Assembly: GCA_040904565.1 (NCBI GenBank)
Contig: JBBDTI010000011.1
Location: 14,849-25,351, forward strand
Source of the DNA: Rhodothermales bacterium
GTDB taxonomy: Bacteria; Bacteroidota; Rhodothermia; Rhodothermales; VXPQ01
Length of the DNA: 10,503 nucleotides
Reading direction: 5' to 3'
Shown here: one piece after another, positions 5,936 to 10,503 of the stretch
Position numbering within the stretch: position 1 is the stretch's first letter
Layout: the number at the start of each line of letters is the position of its first letter
The notes under the pieces: model-generated
The model's database searches: none
Told to the model about the DNA's origin: nothing
Seen by the model: only the letters and a program-made list of their open reading frames with translations
Made by a program: the position numbers and the translations under genes

Positions 5936-7873
5936 TCACTGTCCCCAGAAAATGAAGATGCCATAGTAGCCTGACGTCACGATGTCCTCGAAGGTGTCGT
6001 GGTCGATGTCTAACACTTTGATCTCCGAGCCGACGCCGGACTTGTTGTGGATCAGATGTGGGACGAATTTCACGCCGCCCGGCGCGGCATCGTCTCGAAC
6101 CGTCTCATACCAGTAGATTACCGGCTCGCCGTACGGATCGGGATCGGCGTAAGAATCGAGGTGCGACCAGAAGCGCTTGCCGGTAATAAAGTCCATCACA
6201 CCGTCGTTATTCACATCTGCCAGCGTGGCGCCCGAGTGGAGCTGCGAGAACGTCACGTCGCCTGCGTTCTTGGTCGAGAAGTCTCCCATAATCAGATGCT
6301 CCTCGAAGGAGATGTCTCCGGTCGTACCCCGCTGCTGCTCGTACCAGGCGAGTCCCCATCCGTGCGCGCTGAGACTCGTAACCACGTCGTTGAGGCCGTC
6401 GCCGTTGAAGTCGTACACGGAAATTTCGGCACCGCCCGGATGCTGCGGCGAGCGCGTCATCCGCCCGAACCAGTCGTCGTGATAGATCCAATCGCCGTCC
6501 GCTCCCGATACGGGCTGCTCCCACCATCCCCGAGCTGAAAGGATGTCGGTGTGCCCGTCGCTGTTGACGTCTCCCGTACCGATACCATGCGTGTTACATC
6601 CGTCGACAATCGGTACGGAGATCTTGTTCACGAGCCACGGGCCGGTCCGATCCGCCGGATCGGGCTCACCGTAGGCCACCCGACCGTCGCTACCGACGTA
6701 GATCAACTCGGGCTCGCCATCGTCGTCCACGTCGGCACGCACGACGATCTCACTGCATACTTCGGGAAGAATGTCTACCTGGTCCCACAACCGCTTTTCG
6801 CCTCCCGGATTGACGTGCAGGACGAGCGGCCGCCGTTCGGTGCGGACGATATCCACCCACCCGTCGCCCGTCCAATCGTTAGCGAACGTGAGCATGTCGT
6901 TCACGTATTCCTCTCCCGGATTAAACGTGCGTGCCGGATAGAACTCGTAGCGATGCCGGAAATCAGGACCGAGAAAATAGAACGGCCCCGCAGCCAGGTC
7001 GTTGACGCCGTCGCCGTCGATATCGGCCACGTCGGCACCCCACGCATACGCAAAGGGATCGACGCGCTGTACGCGGAAGCGACCGGACGTTTTCTCCGGC
7101 TCGACGTCTTCGTGCAGCAGGTTCTTCACCGACACGTCGTCGAACTCGACGCTGCCGGAGCCCACATAGAGTCCGACCGGGCCGAAAGCATAGTTTGCAA
7201 CGGGCGTCGGGACGATCGCCCCGCCGAACGAGGCGTCCTGCTCGGAAACATCCTCCTGCGCACTGCCGCCGGGGATCGCATTCCGAACGTTGTTCAGGTG
7301 GTTGCGAAGGTCGTTTTCGTCCAGAAACACGACGACCTCATTCCACTCGCCCGACTGAATCTCTACGGGCGCCGTGAGCGAATCGCGCGCGGCAGCCAGG
7401 ATGTCGCTTACCGACTCGTCGTCCTCGCCGCCGCCATCGGCGCCGCCCTCGTCACGAGCGCTCTCCCGGGAGACCACCTCGCCGTCGGCGTTGAGTGTCA
7501 CGCGGTACGGAGCGACGGTATCATTTTCGAGCGCGACGAGCAGGCCATCCGTGCCATCCGCTCCGTCGTGGAGACGAAACAGGATTCCGGCGTCACACGC
7601 CCCCTCGCAGCGGAAACGCGTGAAGAACGCTACGCTCTCGTACGAATCATCAAAAACGAGCATGCCCGGCCCGGAGGCTGCATCCGCGGTGATGATGCCG
7701 TCCTGCGCCTCCCAACCGGCCTCGCCGACAGCCTCCCAGCGATCGAGCTGGGATCCCTGGAACGTATAGTCCGGAATGAAATCCGGCGCCGGACTCTGTT
7801 GGCCTGAGGCCGCATTGACGGTCAGCAGCATACAGCACGCTGCCGCAATCATCGCCCTAAAAAGCTTCCACAT
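5936..7873 (-). CDS. Secreted protein: N-terminal DUF1080-like (ConA/GH16-like beta-sandwich) domain fused to a 7-repeat FG-GAP/VCBS beta-propeller (645 aa)
   Basis: Signal peptide MWKLFRAMIAAACCMLLTVNAASG|QQ, with GAGGT RBS at 7879-7883. DUF1080-like segments FQGSQLDRW..W..QDGII, GEWNEVVV and VEFDDVSVK. Seven Ca-binding-type loops: DIDGDGVND, DWTGDGWVD, DVDDDGEPE, DVNSDGHTD, DFNGDGLND, DVNNDGVMD, DIDHDTFED. Confidence 0.88.
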   Translation of the reverse strand: MWKLFRAMIAAACCMLLTVNAASGQQSPAPDFIPDYTFQGSQLDRWEAVGEAGWEAQDGIITADAASGPGMLVFDDSYESVAFFTRFRCEGACDAGILFRLHDGADGTDGLLVALENDTVAPYRVTLNADGEVVSRESARDEGGADGGGEDDESVSDILAAARDSLTAPVEIQSGEWNEVVVFLDENDLRNHLNNVRNAIPGGSAQEDVSEQDASFGGAIVPTPVANYAFGPVGLYVGSGSVEFDDVSVKNLLHEDVEPEKTSGRFRVQRVDPFAYAWGADVADIDGDGVNDLAAGPFYFLGPDFRHRYEFYPARTFNPGEEYVNDMLTFANDWTGDGWVDIVRTERRPLVLHVNPGGEKRLWDQVDILPEVCSEIVVRADVDDDGEPELIYVGSDGRVAYGEPDPADRTGPWLVNKISVPIVDGCNTHGIGTGDVNSDGHTDILSARGWWEQPVSGADGDWIYHDDWFGRMTRSPQHPGGAEISVYDFNGDGLNDVVTSLSAHGWGLAWYEQQRGTTGDISFEEHLIMGDFSTKNAGDVTFSQLHSGATLADVNNDGVMDFITGKRFWSHLDSYADPDPYGEPVIYWYETVRDDAAPGGVKFVPHLIHNKSGVGSEIKVLDIDHDTFEDIVTSGYYGIFIFWGQ

Positions 7874-7968
7874 AACTGACCTCTATTGTTCTCTTCCTTG
7901 AAGATATGGGGTGTCGGCCCCAGGCATAGCCGTGTCGTGAGAAGATTCCGGCGAGCGGGAGTACCGAA

Positions 7969-8766
7969 TCAGCCGAGGCGCGCCAGCTCGATGTCCTTGA
8001 AGCGAAATCGGAACACCTGTCCGTTGTGCACCTCGATCGCGATATGGCCATTCGGCTGAATCAGATCGCCACCGTCCCAGTCGATAATCTGCTTGCCGTT
8101 CAGGACGGATGTAACGCGCGAGCCTTCGACGCGCATCTCGAGCAGGTTCCAGGGATCCTCGTCGGTACTCCATTTATACTCCCAGCCCTCAGGAAGGTAC
8201 GGCTCGAACAGATCCGACGAGTACCCCTGGATGCCGTAGGGCGGCAGCCAGCCTTCCTCGAAGTCCCATATAAAGCCCGTGGACTCCGGCACGTTGGAAG
8301 CCAGGTCGAAGCCGTGTCGGCCATACCACTGGTCGTCCGGCCAGACATCTCGGAACTGCACGCCGCAATTGCCGCGAGCGTCCTGATACGCGATGAATTT
8401 GAGACGGAGTACGTAATCGGTCAGCTCTTCTTCGAAGGTCAGCCAGGCAAACTCTTCGGTGCCGGGCGTGTCCAGTATGAGCTCGCCGTCCTCGATCGTA
8501 AACAGCTCGAGGTCCTCATCCGCCTCGATACGATCGATCCGCCAGCCGTCGAGATTCTCTCCGTTAAAGATGCGCTCGAACTCGAGATCATCGTAGCCGA
8601 AGTCCGTGTACGTAGACGTCGACGTAGACGTCGACGTCGAACATCCTGATACCGACAGCAGTGCGGCACAGCAAAGGATGGTGAATGCCTTTACGATACA
8701 GCGCGAAAAGACGTGGGCGGAGCCCGTCGAGAAGGCGTCTTGCGATGAGCACATGCGAAGCTTCAT
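7969..8766 (-). CDS. DUF1080 family (3-keto-glycoside lyase/hydrolase-like) lipoprotein; start uncertain (8808, 8766 or 8754)
   Basis: IFNGENLDGW, FTIEDGELI, DYVLRLKF, GNCGVQFR, WNLLEMRVEGSRVTSVLNG, GHIAIEVH and RFKDIEL are DUF1080 signature segments. Hydrophobic stretch AFTILCCAALLSVSG|C ends in a lipobox, followed by a Ser/Thr linker. Confidence 0.88.
   Translation of the reverse strand: MKLRMCSSQDAFSTGSAHVFSRCIVKAFTILCCAALLSVSGCSTSTSTSTSTYTDFGYDDLEFERIFNGENLDGWRIDRIEADEDLELFTIEDGELILDTPGTEEFAWLTFEEELTDYVLRLKFIAYQDARGNCGVQFRDVWPDDQWYGRHGFDLASNVPESTGFIWDFEEGWLPPYGIQGYSSDLFEPYLPEGWEYKWSTDEDPWNLLEMRVEGSRVTSVLNGKQIIDWDGGDLIQPNGHIAIEVHNGQVFRFRFKDIELARLG
8611..8640. repeat. In-frame hexamer tandem repeat (5 units, cgt[a/c]ga) encoding (Ser-Thr)5 right after the lipoprotein Cys
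   Basis: cgtaga cgtcga cgtaga cgtcga cgtcga at 8611-8640; translates to C-STSTSTSTST. Confidence 0.9.
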
Positions 8767-8994
8767 GATCGATATGACATTGAATGAGGGATAAACGGGG
8801 ACCGTCATGGCATGATGTGGGCCCCATACATTCTGGGCCTCAATATATGGTCCAGAAGCCGCTCTCGACAGTTGTCTTCAACAGGAGTCTCTGACGCTCG
8901 TCTGGAAATCGCGGACGAGCCCGGCCATCCGTGATCGCGGGACGTCCGACGCGTCACGCGCACGGCCATCCACTGATGTTGAGCAATGCTTAAC

Positions 8995-9058
8995 ACGATA
9001 CCCACGGGGCGGCCCGAATTCGAGAGCCTTTCTTTTTCTCTGAGTGGAGTATTTTTCG
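8995..9058 (-). promoter_or_regulatory. Putative AraC-activated promoter of the DUF1080 / DUF1080-VCBS unit
   Basis: Aligns without gaps to 2457-2520 at 40/64 positions: CGAAAAAT..T.CAC........AAAGA...GCTCTCGAA ... GGTATC(G/A)T. The -10-like TATCGT is at 9000-8995. Confidence 0.6.
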
Positions 9059-9150
9059 AAGTCAGCGTCCGAGCAGGCGTTTTACACGCGGCTGAACGCC
9101 CGTGCCCCAACGTGGAAGGCTGGCAGTGCCTGGCGCAATTGGGGTCGAGG

Positions 9151-9660
9151 CTACTGGTTGGGCTCCAGGTGAGCGCCGAAGAATTGCACGACGATCTTCC
9201 CGTCGCGCACGACGAATCCATCCACCCCATAGTGATAGATGTTGTCGGGTGTCTCGGCGACCCAACTGTAGTAACCGTAGTTGCCCACGTAATGCTCGTC
9301 CGTGAGCTCGAACGTAACACCCTCCTGTCCCCATTCGACGAAGAACTGCTCGAAAGCAGCACGGAGTTCCTCGTGGCCCCTGAGCGGACCGTTCGGCGTA
9401 AACAAAACGGCGTCTTCGGCATAGTCGGCAACGATGCCCTCCAAATCGCCCCCACCGAAGCGGTCGAGATGACGAAGCACAACCTCACGAGTCTCCTCTA
9501 CGGGCCCGTTACTCGAGACGACCGTCGGACCCGTAGCAGCCTCGTCGGTAGCTTCGCTCCCGCATCCCGCCGCGAACACGGCGGCCGAAAGCAGAAGAAA
9601 CAGGGGGATGCAGCGGCTTTGTCTTACCATATTCTGTCTTACAGTACGCCGTATACTCAT
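9151..9660 (-). CDS. SnoaL-like / NTF2-fold lipoprotein (alternative start 9630)
   Basis: Signal IPLFLLLSAAVFAAG|C (lipobox). SnoaL-type pattern VVLRHLDRFGGGDLEGIVADYAEDAVLFTPNGPLRGHEELRAAFEQFF ... GVDGFVVRDGKIV. Confidence 0.88.
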   Translation of the reverse strand: MSIRRTVRQNMVRQSRCIPLFLLLSAAVFAAGCGSEATDEAATGPTVVSSNGPVEETREVVLRHLDRFGGGDLEGIVADYAEDAVLFTPNGPLRGHEELRAAFEQFFVEWGQEGVTFELTDEHYVGNYGYYSWVAETPDNIYHYGVDGFVVRDGKIVVQFFGAHLEPNQ

Positions 9661-9878
9661 CTTTAATGTTGGCTGGATGGTCTATAGGATATCTGTCGTC
9701 GCATCGTATCGACGCTCATGGTCGTCACGGGCGGATCGTCTTGGGTGTACGAGTCTACGTCGGCGTGGCATGCATTTCAGCACATCCGTCGAAATCCGCG
9801 GCCGTTCGGCAAGTAATCAAGAGATGTTAACCCCACGGCCCACCACGCCCACGATACGGAAATCGCCGGCAAAGCGCC

Positions 9879-10503
9879 TTACGCGAGCGCCTCGCGGCAG
9901 AAATCGCCGCAGCGCTTCACCTCTGCAAGAACCGTCGACCCCTCCGGAATCTGGTACTCCAGTTCGATCATCGCGGTGATCGGATACTGTTCCCGCTGAA
10001 TGAGCTGAAGCACGTCCGCAATCGGCGTATCGCCCTCGCCCCACCGGACGTTGTCCTGTCCGTTCGCGGGTGTCCGTCGGTCTTTCAGGTGCAGGTGCGT
10101 GATGCGATCGTGATATTTCTGGATGACGGGAATCGGAGACTTCCCCGTCCCGGCTACGTAATGCCCGATATCGAGATTGAGCATGTTGTACGGCGAATAG
10201 GACAGAAAGCGGTCGAAGCTCCAGTCATCATCGACGATCTGCGTGTGATTGTGCATGCCGTTGTAGAGCTCGTGCTTCGAGGCGAATCGACCCATGCGGC
10301 GAGCGGCCTCGTCACTCCCCTCGAACGAGATCCCGCGCGCACCTACGGCTCGCGCCGCCTGATAGGCATAGTCGATCTCGGCGTCCGACCAGTCCGCGCG
10401 CCCGAGCTTGAGAATGTCGATCGAAACCCCGTCGGACTCGTACATCTCCCCCAGTTCTGCAAACCTGTCCGTCGGCGCCGAGAGACGCCACGACCGCGCT
10501 TCC
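9879..10503 (-). CDS. Sugar phosphate isomerase/epimerase, AP endonuclease 2 / xylose-isomerase-like TIM barrel (5' end outside the window)
   Basis: The frame stays open beyond the ORF-track ATG at 10445 to the window edge (...EARSWRLSAPTDRFAELGEMYESDGV). Metal-binding motifs GMHNH, LNLDIGHY, ITHLHLKD, WGEGDTP and MIELEY. Confidence 0.9.
   Translation of the reverse strand, partial: EARSWRLSAPTDRFAELGEMYESDGVSIDILKLGRADWSDAEIDYAYQAARAVGARGISFEGSDEAARRMGRFASKHELYNGMHNHTQIVDDDWSFDRFLSYSPYNMLNLDIGHYVAGTGKSPIPVIQKYHDRITHLHLKDRRTPANGQDNVRWGEGDTPIADVLQLIQREQYPITAMIELEYQIPEGSTVLAEVKRCGDFCREALA

Noticed and set aside
627-7807. Long plus-strand ORFs (627-1787, 3629-4627, 4952-5974, 6551-7807; likewise 8026-8649 and 8986-9666)
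   Set aside because: They are antisense shadows of well-supported minus-strand genes in high-GC DNA, with Arg/Val-rich composition and no recognisable motifs.
9075-9144. Inverted repeats downstream of the SnoaL gene (CCCCAA/TTGGGG; GGGCGTT/AACGCCT)
   Set aside because: Long loops, short stems and no poly-U; no recognisable ncRNA.
8805-9488. 227-aa minus-strand ORF overlapping the SnoaL gene
   Set aside because: Out-of-frame overlap with a convincing CDS, Ser/Arg-rich with no motif, and it crosses the predicted promoter. Only its 3' part is kept as a tentative leader ORF.
1-10503. CRISPR array, tRNA/rRNA, transposase/integrase or phage-defence genes
   Set aside because: No regularly spaced repeat-spacer units, cloverleaf or rRNA signature, or recombinase/nuclease motifs were seen. 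The only long repeats are the two paralogous genes.

Overview
GC-rich bacterial window in which every credible gene is on the minus strand. In transcription order (right to left) it holds: a 5'-truncated sugar-phosphate isomerase/AP-endonuclease-2 TIM-barrel enzyme; a SnoaL/NTF2-like lipoprotein; a DUF1080 (3-keto-glycoside lyase/hydrolase-like) lipoprotein; a secreted DUF1080-like + 7x FG-GAP/VCBS beta-propeller fusion; a PQQ-type beta-propeller dehydrogenase lipoprotein with an internally inserted cytochrome c; a cupin-AraC regulator; a second, same-length (731 aa) paralogous dehydrogenase; and the first 44 codons of another secreted protein that the ORF track misses. The locus looks like an extracytoplasmic oxidative sugar/glycoside catabolic cluster. 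Two signals stand out. (i) A 64-bp promoter-like architecture is shared without gaps (40/64 identical) by two intergenic regions 6.5 kb apart (2457-2520 and 8995-9058); it has AraC-type 21-bp-spaced boxes next to a weak -35 and a TATC(A/G)T -10, and may define a local AraC regulon. (ii) Quinohemoprotein dehydrogenases are paired with DUF1080/TIM-barrel genes, which may be a PQQ/heme-driven variant of the oxidation-elimination-hydration (3-keto-glycoside) pathway. All family calls are by eye from motifs; no searches were run.
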